DNA of 64,000 nucleotides from Candidatus Poribacteria bacterium (GTDB lineage Bacteria > Poribacteria > WGA-4E > PCPOR2b). The notes beneath the pieces were generated by a model that did not search any database, had not been told where the DNA came from, and saw nothing but the letters and a program-made list of their open reading frames with translations. A program made the position numbers and the translations under genes. Positions 38,714 to 48,548 of this stretch are shown here, in pieces (position 1 is the first letter of the stretch; each line of letters starts with the position of its first letter). The stretch is from assembly GCA_965116925.1 (NCBI GenBank), contig OZ220744.1, positions 3,904,001-3,968,000 on the forward strand, in the 5' to 3' direction.

Positions 38714-39802
38714 ATGCAATTTTCACAAAATATATACTATCCGGAACGAGGAGACGATTGGGAGCGCAGAAAGCCTGAAGATGTGGGTATTGATCCTGAC
38801 TCTCTCAATGAGGCAATCCATTATGCCCAGACGGTCGAAACCGCATGGCCTCGTAAAATGCGGTTGCACTATACCGAGATGGAAAGGGAAGAATCCCACC
38901 CTGAGGTCATCGGATCGATAAAAGACCGGGCTGCAACCAACGGGCTCATCTTACGGCACGGTTACATCATCGCCGAGTGGGGTGAGACGGAGCGCGTCGA
39001 TATGACGTTTAGTATTACCAAGAGCTACCTGTCCACGATGGCAGGATTGGCGCTAGACCGTGGATTAATTCAAAACGTACATCAACCTGTTCGATACTAT
39101 GTAAACGACACTGGATTCGATTCACCGCACAACGCCCAAATTACTTGGCATCACTTGCTGCAGCAAACGAGTGAGTGGAAGGGGACGCTTTGGGACAAAC
39201 CCGACTATGCTGACAGTCAGGGAGAGCGGGGTCCTGATAATGCGCTTCCAGCCCCTGGCAGCACCTTTGCTTACAATGATGTCCGTGTTAATCGACTGGC
39301 ACTCTCTCTGCTGCGTATCTGGCGCAAACCGTTGCCGCAGCTGCTAAAAGCTAACGTGATGGACCCTATCGGTGCTTCCAACAGTTGGCGATGGCACGGT
39401 TATCGAAATTCGTGGCTGACAATTGATGGACGGAAGATGCAGTCGGTCAGTGGGGGAGGTCATTGGGGCGGTGGGCTGTGGATTAGTACTCGGGACCATG
39501 CGCGGTTCGGCTATCTATTTCTGCGACGTGGTCGATGGGGCGAACGGCAGCTACTTTCGGAGCGGTGGATAGATTTAGCGACCACGCCGTGTCCGGTTGA
39601 ACCGGATTATGGCTATATGTGGTGGCTCAATACGGATAGGCAGCTATTCCCAAGCGCACCAGAAACGAGCTTCTGTGCTCTGGGTGCTGGGCGGAACATG
39701 ATTTGGGTTGAACCGGAAAACGATCTGGTGGTCGTAGTGCGGTGGATAGAGTCAGATTGTATCGACCAATTGATGAAACACGTGCTAGCAGCAATTCGCT
39801 AA
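38714..39802 (+). CDS. Serine hydrolase, beta-lactamase family
   Basis: SITK (SxxK), HLLQQTS, YND, YGYMWW. Confidence 0.85.
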   Translation: MQFSQNIYYPERGDDWERRKPEDVGIDPDSLNEAIHYAQTVETAWPRKMRLHYTEMEREESHPEVIGSIKDRAATNGLILRHGYIIAEWGETERVDMTFSITKSYLSTMAGLALDRGLIQNVHQPVRYYVNDTGFDSPHNAQITWHHLLQQTSEWKGTLWDKPDYADSQGERGPDNALPAPGSTFAYNDVRVNRLALSLLRIWRKPLPQLLKANVMDPIGASNSWRWHGYRNSWLTIDGRKMQSVSGGGHWGGGLWISTRDHARFGYLFLRRGRWGERQLLSERWIDLATTPCPVEPDYGYMWWLNTDRQLFPSAPETSFCALGAGRNMIWVEPENDLVVVVRWIESDCIDQLMKHVLAAIR

Positions 39803-39856
39803 ACAATCAAGTACGGCGAGGTAATCCAGTCCTGATGGATTGAGAGGAGAAATGCG

Positions 39857-40480
39857 ATGCCACACGAATGGGATTCGCCCGAATATGTTCGTCAGTGGAT
39901 AGAAGATGGCGACAAAACAGACCCGGAACGGGCGGAACAGATTACCGCGCTCGTGGGTTTGATTCGATGCAGCGTTGAAGAACCTATTGAGGTGTTAGAT
40001 CTCGGTGCGGGATACGGGATTGTAACACGCGAGCTTCTGACTGCTTATCCAAACGCACAGGTGGTGTGCGTCGATGGGTCAGCAGAAATGCTAAAGCATG
40101 GGCAAGCGCGGCTAGCAGAGTGGCAAGATCAACTGTCGTTCATTGTCACGAACTTTGATTCTCCGAATTGGTTGGCAACCTTGCCTACAGATCGAGAATT
40201 TGATGCCGTAGTTTCGTCGCGAGCCATCCACCATGTGGTTGATGACCGTAAACAGGTGCTATACGAAGAAATCTTTCAACTGCTGAAACCGGGCGGTTGC
40301 TTTGCCAACCACGATTTGGTCCGAAAGCCTGATGATCCTATACGCGACAACCACGATCCCTTTGGAACGGTTGAAGATCAGGTTGTTTGGCTTAAAAACG
40401 TTGGGTTTGTTGATGTGGAATGCTTTTGGCAGACGGAGGGCCGTGCCCTGTTTGGGGGATATAAATTGGGTCTTGCGTAA
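39857..40480 (+). CDS. Class I SAM-dependent methyltransferase
   Basis: VLDLGAGYG, VDGS, AIHH, LKPGG. Confidence 0.88.
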   Translation: MPHEWDSPEYVRQWIEDGDKTDPERAEQITALVGLIRCSVEEPIEVLDLGAGYGIVTRELLTAYPNAQVVCVDGSAEMLKHGQARLAEWQDQLSFIVTNFDSPNWLATLPTDREFDAVVSSRAIHHVVDDRKQVLYEEIFQLLKPGGCFANHDLVRKPDDPIRDNHDPFGTVEDQVVWLKNVGFVDVECFWQTEGRALFGGYKLGLA

Positions 40481-40533
40481 TAGGCGGGGTACGCTTTAGA
40501 AAAATTGTATCAGTCTTTAATCGGAGGAATATT

Positions 40534-41010
40534 TTGGCGCAAAAAGTTGAGCTAAACCGTTTTAAGAATTATATGCTGATGGTTCACCGCAGCATTGGTT
40601 CGGATTTATTCCGAAATCTATACGCTTCTGTTGACGGGGAGGAAACAGATATCCTGCGAGATGGAATACTTTCTTGCGCCTATTTCGTTTCATCGGTGCT
40701 TTTCCACTGTAAGTTGATAGATGATCTACACACAACTGTCCGGGGCCTAGAGGCGAATCTCCAGAGGTCGGGTTGGGACAAGATAGAAGAGCCGAAAGTT
40801 GGCAGTGTCCTCGTCTGGGAACCGACAGAATTTCCTGACGGCGGTATTCGTAGACACGCAGGATTTTACATCGGTGACGCCGAAGCAATCAGCAATCGGA
40901 CGGATCAACGCGTCCCCAAGGTTCACAGCATGAATTTTGAAACAGAGGGAAAGTATCGTGCAATTGAATCCATTTATTGGCACAAGAATTTCGATGAAGT
41001 GGATAGCTAA
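40534..41010 (+). CDS. Hypothetical protein with NlpC/P60-like Cys-His pattern
   Basis: SCAYFVS, PKVGSVLVW, HAGFYIG. Confidence 0.55.
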   Translation: MAQKVELNRFKNYMLMVHRSIGSDLFRNLYASVDGEETDILRDGILSCAYFVSSVLFHCKLIDDLHTTVRGLEANLQRSGWDKIEEPKVGSVLVWEPTEFPDGGIRRHAGFYIGDAEAISNRTDQRVPKVHSMNFETEGKYRAIESIYWHKNFDEVDS

Positions 41011-41031
41011 CCGTGCAACGGAGCGAAGCGA

Positions 41032-41823
41032 TTGGAAAACTATAAAAACAAAGTAGTCATCATTACCGGCGCATGCGGTGGCATCGGAGAGGTAATCACG
41101 GAAAAGTTTGCGGCTGCTGGGGCAACGCTTGCTCTTTGCGACATCCGTCAAGATGAACTCTCGGAAATCGCTGAAAAATGCCGCGAATCAGGTGCAACCG
41201 TTCACAGCGAAACTATTGATGTTGCAGATGAAGCCTCGGTACGCAGTTTTTGTGGGACGATCGCCCACAATTCCGGGACGATTGACTGCCTGATCAATAC
41301 CGTCGGCATTGTCGATTGTCCGGGAGATGTCGAAGAACTTTCGCTGTCAATGTGGGATAAGACGCTAGCCGTCAATCTCACCTCCGCTTTTCTAATGGCG
41401 AAGTATTCGGTGCCGCATATTAAAGGACAGGGCGGTGCCATCCTCAACATCGCTTCGGTATCAGGCTTGGCAAATCAGGAAGATGCGATGGTTTATTCAG
41501 TGACCAAAGCCGGACTGCTGTCGCTCACCCGGAGCGAAGCCATAGATTTGGCAAAATACGGCATCCGCGCCAATGCTATCTCGCCTGGATCGGTGGAGAC
41601 ACCGTTATTGGAGGCAGCGGTTGACCAAGCAGCGCAACTGTTTAACCGTACCAAAGACGAACAGTGGGAGGTCTGGCGTTCACAATATCCAACCCAACGC
41701 TTTACATCACCGCACGAAATTGCAGAACTGGCACTGTTTTTGTGCAGCGAGAGAGCAACCAATATCACCGGTGCCAATTTTGTGATTGATGGTGGATTGA
41801 CATCGCTGCTTCCGGAGCGATAG
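41032..41823 (+). CDS. Short-chain dehydrogenase/reductase
   Basis: TGACGGIG, YSVTK, NAISPG, DGG. Confidence 0.9.
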   Translation: MENYKNKVVIITGACGGIGEVITEKFAAAGATLALCDIRQDELSEIAEKCRESGATVHSETIDVADEASVRSFCGTIAHNSGTIDCLINTVGIVDCPGDVEELSLSMWDKTLAVNLTSAFLMAKYSVPHIKGQGGAILNIASVSGLANQEDAMVYSVTKAGLLSLTRSEAIDLAKYGIRANAISPGSVETPLLEAAVDQAAQLFNRTKDEQWEVWRSQYPTQRFTSPHEIAELALFLCSERATNITGANFVIDGGLTSLLPER

Positions 41824-41902
41824 AAATTGTCGCCGGACAAGGAGGCAACGCGTAAAATTTCCAGAAGAACAACGCTTACAGTTCAATCAAAAGGTTGAAG
41901 CA

Positions 41903-42868
41903 ATGCAGAATATTGGCATAGAGTTTCCGGCACAGGGTGAAATGGCATTTTTTGATCTGGGACCGCCGCCAGCTCCAGACCCAACAGAGATACGGATTCG
42001 CACGCTCTATTCAGGTGTGACCAATGGTACCGAGCGGCATGCGTTGATGAATGACTTTGGTGGAACAAATTATCCTACTCGTGCCGGCTATCAGCACGTC
42101 GGCGTTGTCGACGGTGTGGGGAATCAGGTCGAAGCGTTTTCGGTGGGTGATGTCGTTTTTCTCGGTGTCCACGGGGGCCACCGTGGCTGGCATCTGGTAA
42201 ACGTTGAAACCACCAATGAAAGATCTCGACTCTGCATTAAACTTACCGACGATGTCGAACGTGAATTCTGTGCTCTCTTTGGCGTAGCCGGCGTAGGAAT
42301 GCGGCACTCCAGACGCCTTCGTGTTGGACCGGCCCATAATGTGTGGGTGGCAGGCTTAGGGCTTATTGGCCAATCTGTGGCACAGGCCTCGCGCGCCCTC
42401 GGTGCTTATGTGACCGTGACAGATGTCAATCCTCGGCGGCTTGAGGTTGCCAGAACGCTCGGCGCACACCGGGTGATAAACGTCTCAGAGCCATCTGAAG
42501 ACGAGGCGCTGAAGCACGGAGCTCCCTATGACCGCATCGTTGATGCCTGTGGGGCACCGACGTTATTTGAGGATATTTATAGGAATGACCTGCTTGCCCT
42601 ATACGGAGCCATCGGGGCCCTAGCTGGTCGGGGCGAGACGAAGTTCCATCAGAGCATGCTTCATTCCAAAAGGGCTTCAATTGAATCCTCATCTCACTTC
42701 ACACTCGAAGACCTACAGATTCTTTTACATTTTGTCCGGTTGGGTGTCATCCGAATCGCACCGCTGGTAACGCATCGGGTTTCAATAACAGAAGCACCGC
42801 GCATCTATGGGACGATGAAGAACAGGCCAGAGGCTCTGTTGGGTGTGATATTTGACTGGAAGTCCTGA
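41903..42868 (+). CDS. Medium-chain dehydrogenase/reductase (zinc-ADH-like)
   Basis: GroES-like N-terminus with GYQHVG; GLGLIG; LVTHR. Confidence 0.8.
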   Translation: MQNIGIEFPAQGEMAFFDLGPPPAPDPTEIRIRTLYSGVTNGTERHALMNDFGGTNYPTRAGYQHVGVVDGVGNQVEAFSVGDVVFLGVHGGHRGWHLVNVETTNERSRLCIKLTDDVEREFCALFGVAGVGMRHSRRLRVGPAHNVWVAGLGLIGQSVAQASRALGAYVTVTDVNPRRLEVARTLGAHRVINVSEPSEDEALKHGAPYDRIVDACGAPTLFEDIYRNDLLALYGAIGALAGRGETKFHQSMLHSKRASIESSSHFTLEDLQILLHFVRLGVIRIAPLVTHRVSITEAPRIYGTMKNRPEALLGVIFDWKS

Positions 42869-42928
42869 TAGAGTGTGGGCAGACTTTTCGGAGAGTTCCT
42901 AGCAACTTGAAAGGAGTAGGTAAACGAC

Positions 42929-43837
42929 ATGGCGGCTCAAGAACGTATGGTATACATCAATGGAGAGATAGTTCCAGAGAGCGAAGGGAAGGTATCCTTC
43001 CGGGATCAGGGATTTGTGACCGGGGATGCGGTCTTCGATGCGACCCGCACCTTCGGCGGGGTGATATTCAAACTACAAGAACATCTGAATCGGTTGTACG
43101 ATTCGCTAAAATATATGCGCCTAGATCCAAGGATTTCCCGACAACAGATGGCAGATCTGACCATGCAGGTGCTCGCGGCAAATCAGCCCCTGTTAGGAGC
43201 AGATGATGACTACTGGGTGATACAGCGGATCAGCAGGGGAGTTGCCACGGGAACGGGCGAATATAAGCCGACGGTAATCATCGAGTGTAATCCTTTACCA
43301 TTTGCTGCGCGGGCACGGTATTACCGAGACGGTTTGAGCGTCGTCATCCCTTCGATAAGGCGAACGCCGCCGGAGTGCATGAGTCCTAGGGTCAAGGTGC
43401 ACAATTACATCAACCTCTTACTTGCCGATCAGGAGGTAAAGGCACAGAACCCGGACGCTTTTTCTATCTTGTTGGACATTAACGGTAATATCGCTGAGGG
43501 CCTTGGAAGCAACTTCTTCATTGTCAAAGACGGGGTAGTTGTCACACCCAAGGAGCAGTACGTCTTAGCAGGTATAAGCCGTGAGACTGTCATCGAGCTC
43601 GCCCAGGGTCTGAACATTGAGGCGCAAGAGGCAGACATTGATCTTTACGATGTCTACACAGCCGACGAGGCTTTTGTGACCTCCACCAGTTTTTGTCTCT
43701 GCTCTGTGTCCTCTATCAACGGTTCTACCATCGGTGATGGCAGTGTGCCGGGACCGGTTACCGACCAAATCCAGACAGCGTATAGTGATCTTGTGGGAAT
43801 AGACATTGTAAAACAGTATTTGAAGCGACTCGGTTGA
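42929..43837 (+). CDS. Class IV PLP aminotransferase (IlvE/PabC-like)
   Basis: GDAVFD, HLNRL, KVHNY, EGLGSNFF, LAGISR, ADEAF. Confidence 0.88.
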   Translation: MAAQERMVYINGEIVPESEGKVSFRDQGFVTGDAVFDATRTFGGVIFKLQEHLNRLYDSLKYMRLDPRISRQQMADLTMQVLAANQPLLGADDDYWVIQRISRGVATGTGEYKPTVIIECNPLPFAARARYYRDGLSVVIPSIRRTPPECMSPRVKVHNYINLLLADQEVKAQNPDAFSILLDINGNIAEGLGSNFFIVKDGVVVTPKEQYVLAGISRETVIELAQGLNIEAQEADIDLYDVYTADEAFVTSTSFCLCSVSSINGSTIGDGSVPGPVTDQIQTAYSDLVGIDIVKQYLKRLG

Positions 43838-43873
43838 CCAAGGCTTTGGCTCAAAACGATACGCCCTCGTATA

Positions 43874-45856
43874 TTAAGGGAAAAATAGGTATAAAGAGAT
43901 AGTGGTTGGAATATCCAAAATACTCCAGAGGCTACCCAAGATATAGTCTCCTAACGCGAGCCCCAGAAAGAATGGGATTGCGCGTCGATATGCGTTGAAT
44001 CCGCTATAGCGCAAGATGATAGCCTTGCACACCCAAGCGACAAAGAGACAGCACCAAAGGTTCGCCATCCCCCAACTCTGTGCTGTGGCATAGCCGAGTG
44101 GATGGAGCGGCCACCACAGAAAGCGTGCTCGCAAAAACATCAATAAGACGGTAAACACAAGCCCACCGCCCATAAAGGCAAGTGCTGGTCGATCTGGCTC
44201 TTTAGGAGAGTTCAGCCAATTCTCAAGCTGCACATAGACATCACGCCCAAACCCCAATACAGCGGGATCAAAGTATCCAGATTCCGCGCCATGTCGATAG
44301 TAGATATCCAACAAAAGCCAAAAAGTTACCGCCGATCCGATCACTGTCGCGAGCAGAATCGCAACAGCAGTATGACGCGGGTTAATCTGCCGCCTTTCCG
44401 AGATTTTCAAGGCTTCCAGCTGCTCCGGCATTGGATTTGCCCAGTTGGCGCGATTGAAGAACATGTACAGCGAAAAGACGGTCAACGTGCTGGTATTAAG
44501 TCGCCATGTGCCAACACCGACAACAATCATATTATGTGGACTGATGAACTTCAAACCGTGTACTAGGAACCCCAACTCTGCCCTTAGCCGCGTTACCATT
44601 ATTGATATCAAAAAATAGATCGCGAAGAAAATTGGGATCACCCACAGCGACATGCCTGCTTTGTAGGAAAATACCATTAGAAAAATCAGACCAAGTAGGA
44701 TACCCACGCAAGCAAGGCGATATGACATCGGTTCACCGGAATCATCAAGTTGCGATGGGGAGGCACGGGAACTGAACAGATGACGCACTAGCCCTTTGAT
44801 ATGTGATCTGCCAGTCCAGAGGACGAATCCTAGCAGCCCCATATATACACCGAAGGCCTGTTCGGCAGGATAAGGGAAGCGCGGCAGACCTCGCCAGCCC
44901 ATAATGCTACCAATCATTAGTTCGATTTTGTAGATCCAGAAAAATGCCCAGCATGAAAATAGGAGATCCAGCGGTATAAGAAAGCCAATTCCAATCGCAA
45001 AAGGATAGAACGCGACCTGCACACCGCCCATCCCGTTCCAAGGGCGGGTGGTAAAATAGTGACTGATGCTCTGGCGTTTGACAGGGATATAGGGAATAAT
45101 TGGGTTGATGGAATGGAGCAGGTTTACAATACTAATCAGGGCAGCGATGCCGAAACCGAGCCACATCAACCTATTTCTGAAGAATCCTAACTTTGGATTG
45201 GTCATCTCTAACGGGAGTTGAGTCAGAGGGTAGGTCAACCGCTCGCGCTCGATCCACTGGATTCGTAACAGCGCATTGATACACAGCATCACAACCATCC
45301 ACGCAAAGACAAACGCCATCCACGCCACCGCCGGACCAAGCCACGCCTTTATATATCTCTCAACGTAGAGACTTGTTCCCCCTTCATAAAGCGCAGTCAC
45401 CGCTTTTTCATCGTGAACGGTGAGCCACTCTGGAAGTTGTCGCCAAAACAGTTGACGCCATTCGTTTTCGGGACTGGCAAACCGGAACGCATGCGCCATG
45501 ATCGGCACGAAAATCTCCATACAGTCGTACGAACAGAGGGTGGAGACAATACACAGCATGAAGTAGATTGTGAGGAGTTCCTGTTGGGAAAGACCGAGTT
45601 TGGGGGAAATTTTACCGAATATCCACCCGATCAAAACAAGCCAAAAAATCGTAAAAATGACATGTGAGAGCGGATGAACGAGCGTTGGGAAGGTATGGCG
45701 AACCACTTCAAGCTGAATGATCCACGCAACGGTGATCGGAATTAGCAGGAAAGCGATAACGAATGATTTAAGCGTTAAACCACTCTGGAAGGGCACAGGG
45801 GTATTTTCGATTAGGGTAAAACGGGGATTTTGAGGTTCTGTCGATATATTTTTCAT
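43874..45856 (-). CDS. Large polytopic membrane protein (DUF6785/DUF6784-like), paralogue 1
   Basis: Many transmembrane segments; QW...ERLTYP, R.RAELG, WWPLHPLGY, PFFLGL motifs shared with neighbours. Confidence 0.75.
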   Translation of the reverse strand: MKNISTEPQNPRFTLIENTPVPFQSGLTLKSFVIAFLLIPITVAWIIQLEVVRHTFPTLVHPLSHVIFTIFWLVLIGWIFGKISPKLGLSQQELLTIYFMLCIVSTLCSYDCMEIFVPIMAHAFRFASPENEWRQLFWRQLPEWLTVHDEKAVTALYEGGTSLYVERYIKAWLGPAVAWMAFVFAWMVVMLCINALLRIQWIERERLTYPLTQLPLEMTNPKLGFFRNRLMWLGFGIAALISIVNLLHSINPIIPYIPVKRQSISHYFTTRPWNGMGGVQVAFYPFAIGIGFLIPLDLLFSCWAFFWIYKIELMIGSIMGWRGLPRFPYPAEQAFGVYMGLLGFVLWTGRSHIKGLVRHLFSSRASPSQLDDSGEPMSYRLACVGILLGLIFLMVFSYKAGMSLWVIPIFFAIYFLISIMVTRLRAELGFLVHGLKFISPHNMIVVGVGTWRLNTSTLTVFSLYMFFNRANWANPMPEQLEALKISERRQINPRHTAVAILLATVIGSAVTFWLLLDIYYRHGAESGYFDPAVLGFGRDVYVQLENWLNSPKEPDRPALAFMGGGLVFTVLLMFLRARFLWWPLHPLGYATAQSWGMANLWCCLFVAWVCKAIILRYSGFNAYRRAIPFFLGLALGDYILGSLWSILDIPTTISLYLFFP

Positions 45857-45893
45857 CTCACCAACTATATGTGTTGATATCCACTACAAAGAG

Positions 45894-46294
45894 TAGGACT
45901 TACGCAGTTAAAAGATAAGGTGTTAAGGTAGCATGAGTTAGATTAAAAAGGTTACGTTTCGCCTGCGAAAATCAAATTTTCCCAATTTTCCCGCGCAAAT
46001 GGGAAAATTGTCCCTATTTCAGCATGAAACGTTTCGTCATGCTCGCCAAATCGTATTACAAACAGTTACAACCAATTACATATTGTCTTCATCTTATGGT
46101 TGGGATTCTTATTGTTGATTGCAAATTGTGTAGGAGTTACGCACTTCCGTAGGGAACGCAGATCTGCGTTCCCTACGAACTCCTTGAGGGTGCCTCCACT
46201 GTAGTTGCCCGATTCATCAGGTGTTGGACATTGTGTCCTGCGGCGATAAATCGCCGAACTACAAGGTTTTGAGCACTCAACTGCGTCAGTCCTA
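45894..46294. mobile_element. Composite family A MITE with REP hairpins
   Basis: TAGGACTTACGCAG (45894), internal TAGGAGTTACGCA (46131), CTGCGTCAGTCCTA (46281-46294); palindrome at 46149-46176. Confidence 0.8.
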
Positions 46295-46324
46295 ACAAAC
46301 AGCTTAGAACAACTGGTCTGTCCG

Positions 46325-48244
46325 CTAGGGAAAAAATTGATACAGAGTCGTGTTGGTTGCAATACTAATAATACTCCAAAGGCTGCCAAACATATAGTCT
46401 CCTAGGGCAAGTCCTAAAAAGAAGGGAATCGCCTGTCGGTATGCTCTAAGTCCGCCGTGGTGCAGGATAATTGCTTTCGCTATCCATGCAACAAAGAGAC
46501 AAGCCCACAGATTGAACATCCCCCAGCTATTTGCCATGGCATAGCCGAGTGGATGGAGGGGCCACCACAGAAAGCGCGTCCTTAGGAACATGAGTAGTGT
46601 TGCGAGACCGAGTCCGCCGCCCATGAAAGCGATAGCTGGAACATCTGTCTCTCGGGGGTAGCTCAGCCATGTTTCGAGTTGGCCATAGATGGCGCGTCCA
46701 TATCCTAGTGCCCATGGTCCATAGTACCCGGTTTCTGCGCCGTGTCGGTAGTAGTTGTCTAACAACACCCAAAAAACACTCACGGATCCAATTAAGGTGG
46801 CAAGTAGAATCGCTGCAGCTATATGACGCGGATTAATATTTCGTCTTTCAGCAATTTTCAAGCCTTCCAGTTGTGGGGGCATCGGATGAGCTCGATAGGC
46901 ACGATTGAAAAACTGATATAACGAAAAGACGGTCAATGTGCTCGATCCGAGGCGGCGTGTTCCAAATACGGTGACGAGCGTGTTGTGCGGGTCAATGTAA
47001 TGTAAATCGTGTACTAAAAAACCCAATTCCGCACGGAGTCTCGCAATCATTATCGCGACTAGAAAGTAAATCGCGAAAAAGATCGGCGTAACCCACAAGG
47101 ACATCCCCGCCCTGTAGGAAAATACCATCAAGAATATCAATCCAATAACTATGCCGGCGACTGCCAAGCGATATGGCATCGGTTCACGGGAATCATCAAG
47201 TGAAGATAAACCTAGCAGATGGCGCACCAACCCTTTGAAATGGATTCTGCCGATCCACAACACAAATACGAGCAGTGCAACGTAGACACCCAATGCTTGT
47301 TCGTTGAAATAGGGAAAACGCGGCAGATTGCGCCACCCCATTATGTTGCCGATCATTAGCTCGATTTTATAGACTCCGTAAAACATCCAGCATGAGAAGA
47401 GGAGATCTAGTGGTATGAGGAAACCAATACCGATGACAAAGGGATAGAACGAAACCCGGAAGGAGCCCATCGCATTCCAAGGGCGGCCGGTGAAATATTG
47501 ATGTAGATTCTGACGCTTGACGGGAATATAGGGAACGGCGGGGTAAATCGAATTGAGCAGATTCATTATACTAATCACTGCAGCGATGCTGAAGCCAAGC
47601 CACATCAGTTTATTCTTGAAGAACCTGTTGCTGGTATCTGTCATTTCTAGTGGAAGTTGAATAATTGGGTAGGTCAACCGTTCCCGCTCCGTCCACTGAA
47701 TCCGTAACAGCGTATTGATGCACAGCATCACAAACATCAGCACAAAGATAAATACGATGTATGCCAGCGCGGGGCGGAGCCACGCATACAGGTGCCGTCT
47801 TATATAGAAGCTAGATCCCCCTTCGTAATAGGAGGTTAGTGCCTTTTCATCTTGGACGGTGAGCCAAGCGGGCAGTTCCTTCCAGAACAGTTCGCGCCAT
47901 TGATTTTCAGGTGTTGCAAAGCGGAAGGGATGCCCCAAAATGGTGATTAAGATTTGCATCGTGTCAGCCGAGCAGAGAGCCGATACGACGCCCAACATGA
48001 CATAGATCGTTAGAAGCTCTGGCGGACTAATTCCAAGCTTGGGGGAGATTTTCTTGAGGATGGCTCCAATCAGAATTAGCCAAAACAGAATGAAAACGAC
48101 ATTTGATAGCGGATGGACGAGCGTGGGAAATGTATAACGAACGACTTCAAGTTGAACAACGAAGTAAATATTGATCGGAATGAGGCACAGTGTGATAAAA
48201 AAGGATTTGAGCGTCAGACCGTTGTGGAAGGTCGTTTCGGGCAC
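46325..48244 (-). CDS. Large polytopic membrane protein, paralogue 2
   Basis: Same motifs. GTG 48244 preferred: GGAGG lies 9 nt upstream and the track ATG 48289 is inside a MITE. Confidence 0.75.
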   Translation of the reverse strand: MPETTFHNGLTLKSFFITLCLIPINIYFVVQLEVVRYTFPTLVHPLSNVVFILFWLILIGAILKKISPKLGISPPELLTIYVMLGVVSALCSADTMQILITILGHPFRFATPENQWRELFWKELPAWLTVQDEKALTSYYEGGSSFYIRRHLYAWLRPALAYIVFIFVLMFVMLCINTLLRIQWTERERLTYPIIQLPLEMTDTSNRFFKNKLMWLGFSIAAVISIMNLLNSIYPAVPYIPVKRQNLHQYFTGRPWNAMGSFRVSFYPFVIGIGFLIPLDLLFSCWMFYGVYKIELMIGNIMGWRNLPRFPYFNEQALGVYVALLVFVLWIGRIHFKGLVRHLLGLSSLDDSREPMPYRLAVAGIVIGLIFLMVFSYRAGMSLWVTPIFFAIYFLVAIMIARLRAELGFLVHDLHYIDPHNTLVTVFGTRRLGSSTLTVFSLYQFFNRAYRAHPMPPQLEGLKIAERRNINPRHIAAAILLATLIGSVSVFWVLLDNYYRHGAETGYYGPWALGYGRAIYGQLETWLSYPRETDVPAIAFMGGGLGLATLLMFLRTRFLWWPLHPLGYAMANSWGMFNLWACLFVAWIAKAIILHHGGLRAYRQAIPFFLGLALGDYMFGSLWSIISIATNTTLYQFFP

Positions 48245-48282
48245 TGTGTTATGCCTCCAATGGAGGTGATGAAAACAACGTT

Positions 48283-48397
48283 GGTTCATGTAAAAACGGA
48301 GTGCAATTACGATGAACGCGTTGACGGCGGGGCAAGATGCCCCGCCTACGGTTTTTGAGGTAAGTCAATGCTTTTGCACGAATTCTTAACATGAGCC
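48283..48397. mobile_element. Family D MITE with 8-bp target duplication
   Basis: GGTTCATGTAAAAACGGAGTGCAA / TTGCACGAATTCTTAACATGAGCC; ACAACGTT at 48275-48282 and 48398-48405; hairpin GGCGGGGCAAGATGCCCCGCCTAC inside. Confidence 0.85.
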
Positions 48398-48448
48398 ACA
48401 ACGTTAAACTCACTATGGGCTTTATGAAAGTGACACGCAGCTCTTCTC

Positions 48449-48476
48449 ATTATAGATTGTAATAAGGAAAAGTCAA
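48449..48476 (-). promoter_or_regulatory. Putative sigma70 promoter
   Basis: Minus strand TTGACT-16 nt-TATAAT. Confidence 0.5.
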
Positions 48477-48548
48477 GCGGTACTGTCAGGTGAGCCTCCT
48501 ATTGGAAATGATATTGGATGAGAATAGAGTTAATGAGGATTTTCGCAC

